Of a stretch of DNA of 64,000 nt, positions 27,563 through 37,072 are shown piece by piece. This DNA comes from Flavobacteriales bacterium. Its GTDB lineage: Bacteria > Bacteroidota > Bacteroidia > Flavobacteriales_F > PHOS-HE28. A model generated the notes under the pieces. It did not search any database. It was not told the DNA's origin and saw only the letters and a list, made by a program, of their open reading frames with translations. The position numbers were made by a program, and so were the translations under genes. The DNA lies in the NCBI GenBank assembly GCA_041747675.1, contig JBGTES010000024.1, positions 8,426 to 72,425 of the forward strand. The letters are read 5' to 3'. Position 1 is the stretch's first letter. Each line of letters begins with the position of its first letter.

Positions 27563-28978
27563 ATGAAGATCCTCCTCACCGGTGCCAACGGATACATCGG
27601 CAAGCGACTGTTGCCGGTCCTGCTGGCCGAGGGGCATGAAGTGGTCTGTAGCGTGCGTGACCGCAGCCGCTTCCAAGTGCCGGAGGGCATGGCGGACCAT
27701 GTGCAGGTGGTGGAACTGGACCTGCTGGACCCCGCCTCCTTGCAGAACGTCCCGGCCGACATCGATGGAGCGTACTACCTCGTTCACTCCATGTCGTCGT
27801 CCACCGACTACGGGACCTTGGAGCAGCGGTCGGCCGTGAATTTCCGGGAGGCCATGCACCGGACCCAGGTGAAGCATGTGGTGTACCTCAGCGGCATCAT
27901 CAACGAGACGGCGCTCTCCGAACACCTCCAATCGCGCAAGGTGGTGGAGGAAGAGCTGGGCAAGGGGAGCTATCATTTCACCACGTTGCGGGCCAGTATC
28001 ATCATCGGCTCGGGCAGTGCGTCGTTCGAGATCATCCGCGACCTGGTGGAGAAGCTGCCCGTGATGATCGCGCCCAAGTGGCTGAATACGCGCTCGCAGC
28101 CCATCGGCATCGCGGATGTGATCACCTTCCTCACCCGCACGCTCTTCCACGAAGGCTCCTACGACCGCAGCTTCGACATTGGTGGTCCGGACATCCTCAC
28201 GTACAAGGAGATCCTGCTGGGCTACGCGCGCGTCCGCGGCCTGAAACGCTGGATCGGCGTGGTGCCGGTGATGACACCCAAGCTCTCCTCCTACTGGCTC
28301 TACTTCATCACCTCCACCTCCTACAAGCTTGCCACGGCCTTGGTACACAGCATGAAGGTGGAAGTGGTGTGCCGCAACAACGACCTGGCCGAATTGTTGA
28401 AGGTCACCCCGATGCCCTACGAAGAGGCCTTGCGCCGCACCTTCTCGGCCATTGGCGATGCCCGGATCCCTTCCAGTTGGACGGATTCATTGATCAGTGG
28501 TCGCTTCGAGGGCAACCTCACGCCGTTCCTGGAGGTGCCCACGTTCGGGTGTTTGTTCGATAAGCGCACGGTGCAGGTGAAGGATCGCAGCACCAGCATC
28601 GATCGCATCTGGGCCATCGGCGGGAAGACCGGCTGGTACTATGCTGATGGGTTGTGGAAGATCCGCGGCTTCTTGGACAAGCTTGTGGGCGGCGTAGGAC
28701 TGCGGCGTGGCCGCACCCATCCCACCCGCATCGCCGCCGGTGATTCCATCGACTTCTGGCGGGTGCTGCACGCCGATCGTGCCGCAGGCAGACTTCTGCT
28801 CTTCGCTGAGATGGCCTTGCCCGGCGAGGCTTGGCTGGAGTTCAAACTGGTGGGCGATACCCTTCACCAGACCGCCACCTTCAGGCCCAAGGGACTGTGG
28901 GGCCGCATCTACTGGTACAGCGTGGCGCCGCTGCACGAGCTGGTGTTCGGCGGAATGGCCCGAGCGATCGCCAAGTGA
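27563..28978 (+). CDS. SDR family NAD(P)-dependent oxidoreductase with C-terminal DUF2867 domain
   Basis: MKILLTGANGYIGKRLL Rossmann motif. Long C-terminal extension typical of NAD(P)H-binding/DUF2867 fusion proteins. Alternative ATG 27551 overlaps the HEPN stop (ATGA). Confidence 0.75.
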   Translation: MKILLTGANGYIGKRLLPVLLAEGHEVVCSVRDRSRFQVPEGMADHVQVVELDLLDPASLQNVPADIDGAYYLVHSMSSSTDYGTLEQRSAVNFREAMHRTQVKHVVYLSGIINETALSEHLQSRKVVEEELGKGSYHFTTLRASIIIGSGSASFEIIRDLVEKLPVMIAPKWLNTRSQPIGIADVITFLTRTLFHEGSYDRSFDIGGPDILTYKEILLGYARVRGLKRWIGVVPVMTPKLSSYWLYFITSTSYKLATALVHSMKVEVVCRNNDLAELLKVTPMPYEEALRRTFSAIGDARIPSSWTDSLISGRFEGNLTPFLEVPTFGCLFDKRTVQVKDRSTSIDRIWAIGGKTGWYYADGLWKIRGFLDKLVGGVGLRRGRTHPTRIAAGDSIDFWRVLHADRAAGRLLLFAEMALPGEAWLEFKLVGDTLHQTATFRPKGLWGRIYWYSVAPLHELVFGGMARAIAK

Positions 28979-29099
28979 GCCAGGGTGGCTTTTGGAGGTC
29001 CTGTTCCAGTCGATCCTCCGCAGGTCTCCTTCTTCGGAACGCTGCGGCCTTGCTCGAAAGTAACTGCACAAGACCAATGACACACCTCCCTCAACTCCA

Positions 29100-29185
29100 A
29101 CTCCCCCTTCAGCTTCTGGAAGTGCTTGTCCTGCGTCATGAGCGGAATGTGCCAGTGTGCGGCGGTGGTGGCCACGAAGGTGTCG
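29100..29185 (-). pseudogene. 3-prime remnant of PIN-domain toxin gene, copy B
   Basis: Translates ...DTFVATTAAHWHIPLMTQDKHFQKLKGELEL... The original stop is lost. Confidence 0.5.
29117..29171. repeat. direct repeat copy B (pairs with 25138-25192)
   Basis: GGAAGTGCTTGTCCTGCGTCATGAGCGGAATGTGCCAGTGTGCGGCGGTGGTGGC. Confidence 0.8.
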
Positions 29186-29426
29186 GCGTTCCTACGATGA
29201 TGCGGGGCGTTTCAAGGGTCGTTGGGACAATGGGCGCATCTATGATGATGCAGGCCGCTTCCGGGGACGGATGGATGGTGTCCGCGCCTACGATGATGCA
29301 GGACGTTCCATGGGCCGTGTGGACAATGACCGTGTGTACGACAGCGCCGGCCGCTTGATGGGCCGACTGGACCCACCCGATGAGCGCTACGCCGCACTGT
29401 GGTTCTTTTTCATTGTGTGGCGATAA
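29157..29426 (+). CDS. small ORF composed of four 16-aa YD-like tandem repeats (YDDAGRxxGRxDxxRx)
   Basis: MRRWWPRRCRRS then YDDAGRFKGRWDNGRI, YDDAGRFRGRMDGVRA, YDDAGRSMGRVDNDRV, YDSAGRLMGRLDPPDE. 48-bp DNA period. Resembles the Rhs/YD-repeat core (R-x-YD-x-x-GRL). Coding status uncertain. Confidence 0.35.
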   Translation: MRRWWPRRCRRSYDDAGRFKGRWDNGRIYDDAGRFRGRMDGVRAYDDAGRSMGRVDNDRVYDSAGRLMGRLDPPDERYAALWFFFIVWR

Positions 29427-29507
29427 GACAGCCAGATGTACCAGATGATCAGGCGCCCGGTGCCGGTCCCGGGCAGGGCATACCTTTGCGGCCCACACCC
29501 CGCACCG

Positions 29508-30596
29508 ATGAGTACTCTCACCCAGCACAAGGTCCACAACTACAGCGCCGGTCCATGCATCCTGCCGCGCGAGGTCTTCGAGCAGGCGGCACAGGCAGTG
29601 CTGGACTTCCAGGGAACCGGCCTTTCCATTCTGGAGATGAGCCACCGCAGCAAACCCATCGAGGAGGTCATGTCAAAGGCCCGCAGCCTGGTGAAGGAGC
29701 TGCTGGGCGCACCGGCCCATTATGAAGTGGTCTTCCTGGGTGGTGGTGCCAGCATGGGTTTCCATATGGTACCGTTGAACTACCTGCGCGACGGCGGTCG
29801 AAGTGCCTATGCGAACACGGGGGAATGGGCCACACGCGCCATCAAGGAAGCGAAACTCGCTGGCGACACGCTGGTGGTGGCAAGCAGCGAAGACCGGAAT
29901 TTCAACTACATCCCCAAAGGCTACGCGGTGCCCAATGATGTGGACTACTTCCACTGCACCAGCAACAACACCATCTTCGGCACGCAGTACAAGACTTTCC
30001 CAAAGGTGCAGGTGCCGATGATCTGCGACATGAGCAGTGACATCTTCAGCCGGCCGGTGAACGTGGCCGATTTTGCGCTGATCTACGCCGGGGCACAGAA
30101 GAACCTTGGCCCGGCCGGCGCCACCGTGTACCTCTTCGACCCTGAAAGAACAGGCATTACCGGCCGCAAGATCAGTCCCATGATGGACCTGAAGAACCAC
30201 GCGGCCAAGGACAGTATGTATAACACCCCGCCTGTATTCGCGGTGTACGTCAGCATGCTCACCCTGGAATGGTTGAAGGCCAACGGCGGTGTGCGTGCAG
30301 CCGAAGAACGCAACAACGCAAAGGCGCAACTGCTCTACGATACTGTTGATGCCTCGCCGCTATTCGAAGGCACCACCGCCGTGGAGGATCGCTCGCCCAT
30401 GAACGCCACCTTCGTCTTGCGGGACAAGACATTGGAGCCCGCTTTCGATGCGCTGTGGAAGGAAGCCGGCATCAATGGACTGCGCGGTCATCGCAGCGTT
30501 GGAGGATACCGGGCGAGCATGTACAATGCGCTGCCCATGGAGAGTGTCCAGGTGCTGGTGGACGTGATGAAAGAATTCGCCCAAAAGAACGGATAG
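29508..30596 (+). CDS. serC: 3-phosphoserine aminotransferase
   Basis: MSTLTQHKVHNYSAGPCILP N-terminus and the PLP lysine region of SerC. Track ORF starts further upstream (29436). Confidence 0.9.
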   Translation: MSTLTQHKVHNYSAGPCILPREVFEQAAQAVLDFQGTGLSILEMSHRSKPIEEVMSKARSLVKELLGAPAHYEVVFLGGGASMGFHMVPLNYLRDGGRSAYANTGEWATRAIKEAKLAGDTLVVASSEDRNFNYIPKGYAVPNDVDYFHCTSNNTIFGTQYKTFPKVQVPMICDMSSDIFSRPVNVADFALIYAGAQKNLGPAGATVYLFDPERTGITGRKISPMMDLKNHAAKDSMYNTPPVFAVYVSMLTLEWLKANGGVRAAEERNNAKAQLLYDTVDASPLFEGTTAVEDRSPMNATFVLRDKTLEPAFDALWKEAGINGLRGHRSVGGYRASMYNALPMESVQVLVDVMKEFAQKNG

Positions 30597-30599
30597 ACC

Positions 30600-31568
30600 A
30601 TGCGTGTACACGCCAACGACGGAATCGCTGAAAGTGCCAGGACCGCCCTGCGCGAGGAGGGGTTCATTGTGAGCGCCGATGCCGTGCCGCAGGACCGCCT
30701 TGCGGAATTCATCAACAAGGAACAGGTGGAGGTGCTGCTGGTGCGCAGCGCCACCAAGGTGCGCAAGGACCTGATCGATGCCTGCCCCGGACTCAAGGTC
30801 ATCGGTCGCGGTGGTGTTGGACTGGACAACATCGATGTGGCCCACGCGCGCACCAAGGGTATCGAGGTGATCAACACCCCCTCGGCCTCCAGTATCAGCG
30901 TGGCCGAGTTGGTCATGGCCCACCTCTTTGGCATGGTGCGCGGCCTGCACAAGAGCAACCGCCGCATGCCCGGTGAAGGCAGTACCAGGTTCAAGGAGTT
31001 GAAGAAGGAATATGAGAAGGGCTCCGAGCTTCGCGGCAAGACCCTTGGCGTGATCGGCTTCGGACGCATCGGCCAGTGGACGGCGCGCTACGCACTGGGC
31101 GCCGGCATGCGGGTGATCTACGTGGACAGCCACGCCATCGCAGAGGCCATCGAGATGGAGATCGGCGGCCAGAGCGTGCGTGTGCCGGTGAAAATGGTGA
31201 CGTTGCCAGAGCTGCTGGCACAGGCCGACGCCATCAGTCTGCATGTACCTGCACAGAAGGATGGTTCGTCGCTGCTGGGCGAGGCTGAACTGGCACAGGT
31301 GAAACGCGGTGTGGTGATCGTGAACACCGCACGCGGTGGAAGCGTGGATGAGGGCGCCCTGCTGAAAGCCATTGCCGACGGCCGCGTGAAGGCCGCTGCC
31401 CTGGATGTATTCACCAACGAGCCGGAGCCTAGGACGGACCTGCTGGCCTGTGCCGACCTCTCTCTCAGCCCACACATCGGCGCTGCCACGGCTGAAGCCC
31501 AGGGCCGCGTGGGCCAGGAGTTGGTGGACCGGATCGTGGCGTGGAGAAGCACCGTGCAGGTGAGCTGA
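30600..31568 (+). CDS. serA: D-3-phosphoglycerate dehydrogenase (D-2-hydroxyacid dehydrogenase family, short form)
   Basis: NAD-binding GVIGFGRIGQ. Catalytic R/E/H pattern. Immediately follows serC. Confidence 0.8.
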   Translation: MRVHANDGIAESARTALREEGFIVSADAVPQDRLAEFINKEQVEVLLVRSATKVRKDLIDACPGLKVIGRGGVGLDNIDVAHARTKGIEVINTPSASSISVAELVMAHLFGMVRGLHKSNRRMPGEGSTRFKELKKEYEKGSELRGKTLGVIGFGRIGQWTARYALGAGMRVIYVDSHAIAEAIEMEIGGQSVRVPVKMVTLPELLAQADAISLHVPAQKDGSSLLGEAELAQVKRGVVIVNTARGGSVDEGALLKAIADGRVKAAALDVFTNEPEPRTDLLACADLSLSPHIGAATAEAQGRVGQELVDRIVAWRSTVQVS

Positions 31569-32786
31569 ATGATCGCACTGCGGCCCTTCCGTGCCTGGCG
31601 CCCCCCGCCGGACAAGGCCCATCTGGTGGGTTCGCGCAGCTACGTGTCCTATACCTCGGGTCAGCTGGCCGAAAAACTCGCGGGCAACCCCTATACCTTC
31701 CTGCATGTGATCCACCCGCCCGGGGTGGACGATTCCTCGCGTGAGGATCGCTTCCACGCTGTGCGCGCGGTTATCGCCGGATTCTGTGATGCAGGCGTGC
31801 TGCTGCGGGATGAGCACCCGGCCATGTACGTCTATGAACAACGCGACCGGGGCAACATCTCGCGCGGGTTGATCACCGGGGTGTCCGTGAAGGACTATCA
31901 GGAGGGCCGCATCAAGGCGCATGAACAAACACTCACGGCACGTGAGGACCTTTTCGCCGAATACCTGGGAGCCACGGGCATCAACGCCGAACCCGTACTG
32001 CTCTGTACCCCGGAAGGCACGGCCTGGGAGGCTCTGCTCGACCCCCTGCTCAACACCCGTCCGGCGTACGACTTCAGCACCACCGACCGCGTACGGCACC
32101 GCCTGTGGGTGGTGGCCGATGACGCATTGCAACTGGCGCTGCACAAGGCCTTCGCCCGGATCCCTGCGCTCTACATCGCCGACGGCCACCACCGCATGGC
32201 CTCCAGTGCGCAGCTGGCGCGTTCGTGCGGAGCCACACCGGACGATCCCCGGGCCTGGTGTCTGGCCTTCATCGTGCCGCGCGACCAACTCTTCATCTAC
32301 AACTTCGATCGCACGGTACGCGACCTTGGCGATCTGGACGAGCGGACCTTCCTGCAGGGGCTCTCGGCTGTGGGCTCCCTCTTCCCCATGGCGGCCCCCT
32401 GGTCCGAGCCAGGGCTGGTCGCCGTACGCACGTCCACAGGATGGCACGGCCTGCGGCTGCCTGCGGCTGCAGAGGGTACACCGCCCGATGCCCGTCTGGA
32501 CGCGGCCCGGCTGAGTGAACTGGTGCTGGGGCCGATCCTCGGCATCCACGATCTGCGCACCGACCCGCGTGTGGGCTTCGTGCCCGGCACCCATGGTACC
32601 ACCGCGCTGGAGGAACTGGTGGCGCGTGGCGAAGCCGCTGCGGCCTTCCACCTTCATGCCGTAGGCTTCGCCGAATTGAAGGCCGTGGCCGATGCCGGCG
32701 GATGCATGCCGCCCAAGAGCACGTACATCGCTCCCAAACTGCGGAGTGGACTGATCGTATACGGCCTGGGCCTTGAGGATAGCTGA
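31569..32786 (+). CDS. DUF1015 domain-containing protein
   Basis: MIALRPFRAWRP...YIADGHHR motif typical of DUF1015. Conserved partner of serC/serA in Bacteroidota. ATGA coupling with serA. Confidence 0.75.
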   Translation: MIALRPFRAWRPPPDKAHLVGSRSYVSYTSGQLAEKLAGNPYTFLHVIHPPGVDDSSREDRFHAVRAVIAGFCDAGVLLRDEHPAMYVYEQRDRGNISRGLITGVSVKDYQEGRIKAHEQTLTAREDLFAEYLGATGINAEPVLLCTPEGTAWEALLDPLLNTRPAYDFSTTDRVRHRLWVVADDALQLALHKAFARIPALYIADGHHRMASSAQLARSCGATPDDPRAWCLAFIVPRDQLFIYNFDRTVRDLGDLDERTFLQGLSAVGSLFPMAAPWSEPGLVAVRTSTGWHGLRLPAAAEGTPPDARLDAARLSELVLGPILGIHDLRTDPRVGFVPGTHGTTALEELVARGEAAAAFHLHAVGFAELKAVADAGGCMPPKSTYIAPKLRSGLIVYGLGLEDS

Positions 32787-33466
32787 TGCACATGGATCGC
32801 GCAGCACTGAAGCAACGCTACGAGCAGGTGAAGTCCGGACTTCCACCGCATGTGACCCTGGTGGCGGTGAGCAAGACCAGAACGGTGGAGGAGATCCAGG
32901 CGCTTTACGAACTGGGCCATCGGGACTTCGGGGAGAACTATCCGCAGGAATCGCGCGACAAACAACCGTTGCTGCCGGATGACATCCGGTGGCACTTCAT
33001 CGGCCACCTACAGACGAACAAGGCGAAGTACATCGTACCCTTCATCCACCTGGTACATGGTGTGGACAGCGAACGCCTGCTCGAGGAACTGGAGAAACGC
33101 GCCACAGCGGCAGGGCGTACCATCGATGTATTGCTTCAGGTGCGGATCGCGGCCGAGGATACCAAGCATGGACTGGAGGCGACGGATCTTCCGCCAATGT
33201 TGAAAGCCTTCAGCGACGGGCACTGGCCCCACCTGCGCCTGCGCGGGTTGATGGGCATGGCCACATTGACCGATAACAAGGACAAGGTGCGCGCGGAGTT
33301 CGCCGGGCTGGGTTTCTTGTATCGCGCTCTGCGAGCGGACGGGGCGGTGGACCGGCGGAGCTTCGACACGCTGAGCATGGGTATGAGCGACGACTCGGAT
33401 CTGGCCATCGCGGAAGGGGGCAACATGGTCCGTATCGGAACGGCCATTTTCGGACCCCGGGGCTGA
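32786..33466 (+). CDS. yggS: YggS family pyridoxal-phosphate homeostasis protein
   Basis: VTLVAVSKTR PLP-lysine motif, ~226 aa, TIM-barrel family. Confidence 0.85.
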   Translation: MHMDRAALKQRYEQVKSGLPPHVTLVAVSKTRTVEEIQALYELGHRDFGENYPQESRDKQPLLPDDIRWHFIGHLQTNKAKYIVPFIHLVHGVDSERLLEELEKRATAAGRTIDVLLQVRIAAEDTKHGLEATDLPPMLKAFSDGHWPHLRLRGLMGMATLTDNKDKVRAEFAGLGFLYRALRADGAVDRRSFDTLSMGMSDDSDLAIAEGGNMVRIGTAIFGPRG

Positions 33467-33529
33467 TCGGGCAACCGGTGCACGAATGGCCGTCTTTCAC
33501 ATGTAGTTTTGAGGTACCGTTCACAGCCC

Positions 33530-34540
33530 ATGCACCGCGCCACCCTACTCCTATTCGCCCTTCCCTTCGCCCTGTCCATTCATGGCCAGCGCAATCTCGA
33601 AGTTGGCGTGGCCCACGGCATGACGCACTACTACGGCGACCTGGGCAACATCGATGGGCCTGTACAATGGAACAGCGCAAGACCCGGTGTCACCCTCACC
33701 TTCCGCGACTTCCTCAACAACCGCAAGCGTTACGTGACGCGCTCGCTTTCCACCGAGGCGCGCCTCAGCTGGTTCCGTGTCGGTTATGACGAACGGGCGA
33801 TGATCCCCGGGATGCCGATCGCGGATATGAAGAATCTCGGCCGTGGATTGAGTTTCCGAAATGACCTGGTGGGCGCTTCGGGCCATCTGGTACTCAACGC
33901 CTACCGCGAGCCATACCAGCCGCTGTTCCAGCAGCGGTTCTTCATGTATTTCCACATCGGCCTGGGTGTTTACCACGGCCGTCCCAAAGCCGACCTGTTC
34001 CGGGGGGATATCGACCCCGCCAACCGCTACTGGTTCTGGGATGATGGCACGACCCGCGATGCCCCACCGGGCACGCCTGGCGCCAACGAGATCGAGAAGG
34101 ACGGCAAGTACGAGACGGACCTTTACAGCTGGCTCACCCAGGCTCCCGATGGCTCTGGTGAGAACGTACGCACCCGGCGCGATTCGCCCTGGCACCTGGC
34201 TATCCCCATGGGCGCAGGGGTGCGGTACATGATCACCAAGGAGATCAGCCTCGGGCTGGAGTACCAATACCTGATGTTCTCCAACGACCGCATCGACGAC
34301 GTGAGCGAGCGATACGCCACCTGGGCGGAGATCGACGCGGCCTATCCCAACGATCCCGTGAGCCAGGAGCTGGCACGCTACATCAGCGACCCCACCGGCC
34401 GTGGCACCAATGGTGAAGAGGGGATCTACACCAGCCGCCGTGGCAACCCCGGCCTGCTGGACACCATCAGCTTCCTGAGCCTGGAGGTGAGCTACAAGTT
34501 CAAGCGCAAGCCCACGCGCCGCAGCTTCGTACACCTCTGA
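33530..34540 (+). CDS. hypothetical outer-membrane protein (DUF6089-like)
   Basis: ATG 33530 gives MHRATLLLFALPFALSIHG signal. Aromatic-rich beta-strand pattern. Ends with an aromatic-rich region. Confidence 0.55.
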   Translation: MHRATLLLFALPFALSIHGQRNLEVGVAHGMTHYYGDLGNIDGPVQWNSARPGVTLTFRDFLNNRKRYVTRSLSTEARLSWFRVGYDERAMIPGMPIADMKNLGRGLSFRNDLVGASGHLVLNAYREPYQPLFQQRFFMYFHIGLGVYHGRPKADLFRGDIDPANRYWFWDDGTTRDAPPGTPGANEIEKDGKYETDLYSWLTQAPDGSGENVRTRRDSPWHLAIPMGAGVRYMITKEISLGLEYQYLMFSNDRIDDVSERYATWAEIDAAYPNDPVSQELARYISDPTGRGTNGEEGIYTSRRGNPGLLDTISFLSLEVSYKFKRKPTRRSFVHL

Positions 34541-34658
34541 CATCGCAGTTTAGAGGACATTCTTTGACGGGCCCTATGCGGGCCTGTCGCACATTCCGGG
34601 GCTGCCTTGCCCTTCTGCACATGCGTACCTTGTGGCTCGGTCCTACTCCTGCACCCAC

Positions 34659-37040
34659 ATGCGCAACGTTCTCCTGCTCCTTCTTCCATCCCTCTTCCTT
34701 GCATATCCAACATACACGCAAGGGCAAAGCATCGAGCAGCACAGCCGTGTGAAGGTGTGGTACGATGACATCCCCAATGGTCTGCAGCGTCTGGGAGCCC
34801 TTGGTCTGGCAGTGGACCACGGTACCGTGAAGCGTGATGTATGGATCGAGACCGACCTCTCCGTGCAAGAGATCGCGATCGCCGAAGAGAACGGATTCCA
34901 TTGCGAGGTCCTGATAGAGGATGTGGCCGCTTACTACGTGGCACGCAGCGCGCTGCCTGAAGATGAAAATGCCGGTGGCGCGCGGGACGACTGTGGGGGA
35001 CCACCCCACTATCCGGTACCTGCCAATTTTGAATTGGGTTCCATGGCCGGGTTCTACACCTGGCAGGAGATGCTTGACATACTCGATGACATGCACGCCC
35101 AATACCCCGGGCTGATCTCCGCGAAGCAGAGCATCGGCGAAAGCCTGGAAGAGCGACCCATCCACATGGTGCGGCTTTCCAATGCGCCGGATGTGGAACA
35201 GGGCAAGCCCGAGGTGTTCTACAATGCGCTTCACCACGCACGCGAGCCGGGATCCCTCACCCAGCTCATCTTCTTCCTCTGGCATCTGCTGGAGAACTAC
35301 GGCAGCGATGCGGAAGCCACCTACCTGCTCGACCACTTCGAACTGTACGTGGTGCCATGCGTCAACCCGGACGGCTACGTGTTCAATGAGATCATTGAGC
35401 CCGAAGGCGGTGGCATGTGGCGCAAGAACCGCAGGCCCAATGGTGGCGGTTCCTTCGGCGTGGACCTGAACCGCAACTATGGCTATGAATGGGGATACGA
35501 TGACAATGGCTCATCGTCCAACCCGAACTCGCAGGTGTACCGGGGCCCATCGCCTTTTTCGGAGCCAGAGACCCAGGTGCTCCGCGACTTCTGCGAGAGC
35601 CGCCAATTCCGCCTGGCGATGAACAACCACACCCATGGGAACCTGCTGATCCACCCCTGGGGTTTCATCCCATCCTTCTTCACGCCGGACTCAGCCGTTT
35701 TCGCCGAGTATGGCGCGCACCTCACCGAACATAACCGCTACCTGCACGGCACCGGAGATCAGACGGTGAATTACGTCGTGAACGGGGGCAGTGACGATTG
35801 GATGTACGGCGAGCAGGACAGCAAGCCCTTGATCTATGCCATGACCCCGGAAGCCGGCAGGGGATCTGACGGCTTCTGGCCCTCCATCGCGCGCATCGTG
35901 CCCATTAGCCAGGACCTGATGGCCAGCAACCTGCGCACCGCGCACCTCGCCGGGGTCTATGGCCAGGTCCGGGACCGATCTCCCGCGATACTCGGTGCAC
36001 CGACAGCGCACGTGGCCTTTGAGGTCATGCGCCTGGGTCAGGAGCCGGGCGACCTCACCGTTTCCTTGGAACCATTGGAGAATGTGCTCTCCGTTGGAAC
36101 TCCTGTCACCTTCGCTGAAATGGAACTTCTGGAGACACGCCTCGATTCGATCACTTTGAGCCCTTTACCAAGCCTGGCACATGGCGATCCCATGCGCTTC
36201 GTGATCGCCATCAGCAACGGCTTCTACACCCAACGCGACACGATCACCAAGTTCTTCGGAGCGCCATTGGTGCTGCTGGCCGAGAATGGATCTTCCATGG
36301 ACCAATGGCAATCCGGTAGCTGGGACTTATCCACCACATACTGGTACTCTGCTCCTTCTTCCATCACCGATTCGCCCTTCGGCGACTATCAGGATAACAC
36401 CAACAGCACGATCACCCTCGCCGAGACAATCGACCTTACGGATGCCACTGCCGCAGTGCTCACCTTCATGGCCCGCTGGGACATCGAGGCGGAGTATGAC
36501 TTCGCGCAGGTGCTGGCCTCCGCCGACGGTTTCAACTGGACCCCGCTCTGTGGGCGCTACACACGGCCTGGCACGGCAGTGCAGGATGATGGCGCGCCCA
36601 TCTATGACGGGCAGCGCTATACGTGGGTGCGTGAGGAGATCCCGCTGACCGGCTTTCTGGGCGAAGAGCTCCGGCTGCGCTTCCGGATGGTTTCCGATGA
36701 AAACGTGGAGCGCGACGGATTCTACTTCGATGATCTGCGCGTGGTGAAGACGGCAGCCATCGGCACCGGTCTTGACGAGCTTGCACCGGTGCAGCTTGTG
36801 CTTGCACCCAATCCGGCCACCGACTACACCTGGATCACCTGGACCGGTGCCCAGCTTGGATCGGGACATCTGGTGATCCGTGATGCACTCGGGGCCACGG
36901 TCCATGAAGGAAGACCAGGTAGTGTACAGGGCAGCATCCGTGTGGATACCGCCAAACTACCAGCGGGCGTATATCTGGTACACTTCAGTGACGACCTTAG
37001 TACCGCACCGGCCATGCGACTGGTGGTCACACGCCCTTGA
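34659..37040 (+). CDS. M14 family zinc carboxypeptidase with C-terminal T9SS sorting domain
   Basis: Signal MRNVLLLLLPSLFLA. M14 motifs (ALHHAREPGS, NRNYGYEW, HTHGNLLIHPWG). C-terminal LVLAPNPATDYTWITW...RLVVTRP sorting domain. Confidence 0.85.
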   Translation: MRNVLLLLLPSLFLAYPTYTQGQSIEQHSRVKVWYDDIPNGLQRLGALGLAVDHGTVKRDVWIETDLSVQEIAIAEENGFHCEVLIEDVAAYYVARSALPEDENAGGARDDCGGPPHYPVPANFELGSMAGFYTWQEMLDILDDMHAQYPGLISAKQSIGESLEERPIHMVRLSNAPDVEQGKPEVFYNALHHAREPGSLTQLIFFLWHLLENYGSDAEATYLLDHFELYVVPCVNPDGYVFNEIIEPEGGGMWRKNRRPNGGGSFGVDLNRNYGYEWGYDDNGSSSNPNSQVYRGPSPFSEPETQVLRDFCESRQFRLAMNNHTHGNLLIHPWGFIPSFFTPDSAVFAEYGAHLTEHNRYLHGTGDQTVNYVVNGGSDDWMYGEQDSKPLIYAMTPEAGRGSDGFWPSIARIVPISQDLMASNLRTAHLAGVYGQVRDRSPAILGAPTAHVAFEVMRLGQEPGDLTVSLEPLENVLSVGTPVTFAEMELLETRLDSITLSPLPSLAHGDPMRFVIAISNGFYTQRDTITKFFGAPLVLLAENGSSMDQWQSGSWDLSTTYWYSAPSSITDSPFGDYQDNTNSTITLAETIDLTDATAAVLTFMARWDIEAEYDFAQVLASADGFNWTPLCGRYTRPGTAVQDDGAPIYDGQRYTWVREEIPLTGFLGEELRLRFRMVSDENVERDGFYFDDLRVVKTAAIGTGLDELAPVQLVLAPNPATDYTWITWTGAQLGSGHLVIRDALGATVHEGRPGSVQGSIRVDTAKLPAGVYLVHFSDDLSTAPAMRLVVTRP

Positions 37041-37072
37041 TCACGTCCATGACCTCACCGCGCGGCAAACGT

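Noticed and set aside
25013-29435. Classifying the accessory segment as a classical integrative mobile element or prophage
   Set aside because: No integrase, recombinase, transposase, tRNA target or phage structural genes are present. It is described as a TA or defence hotspot with direct repeats rather than a mobile_element call.
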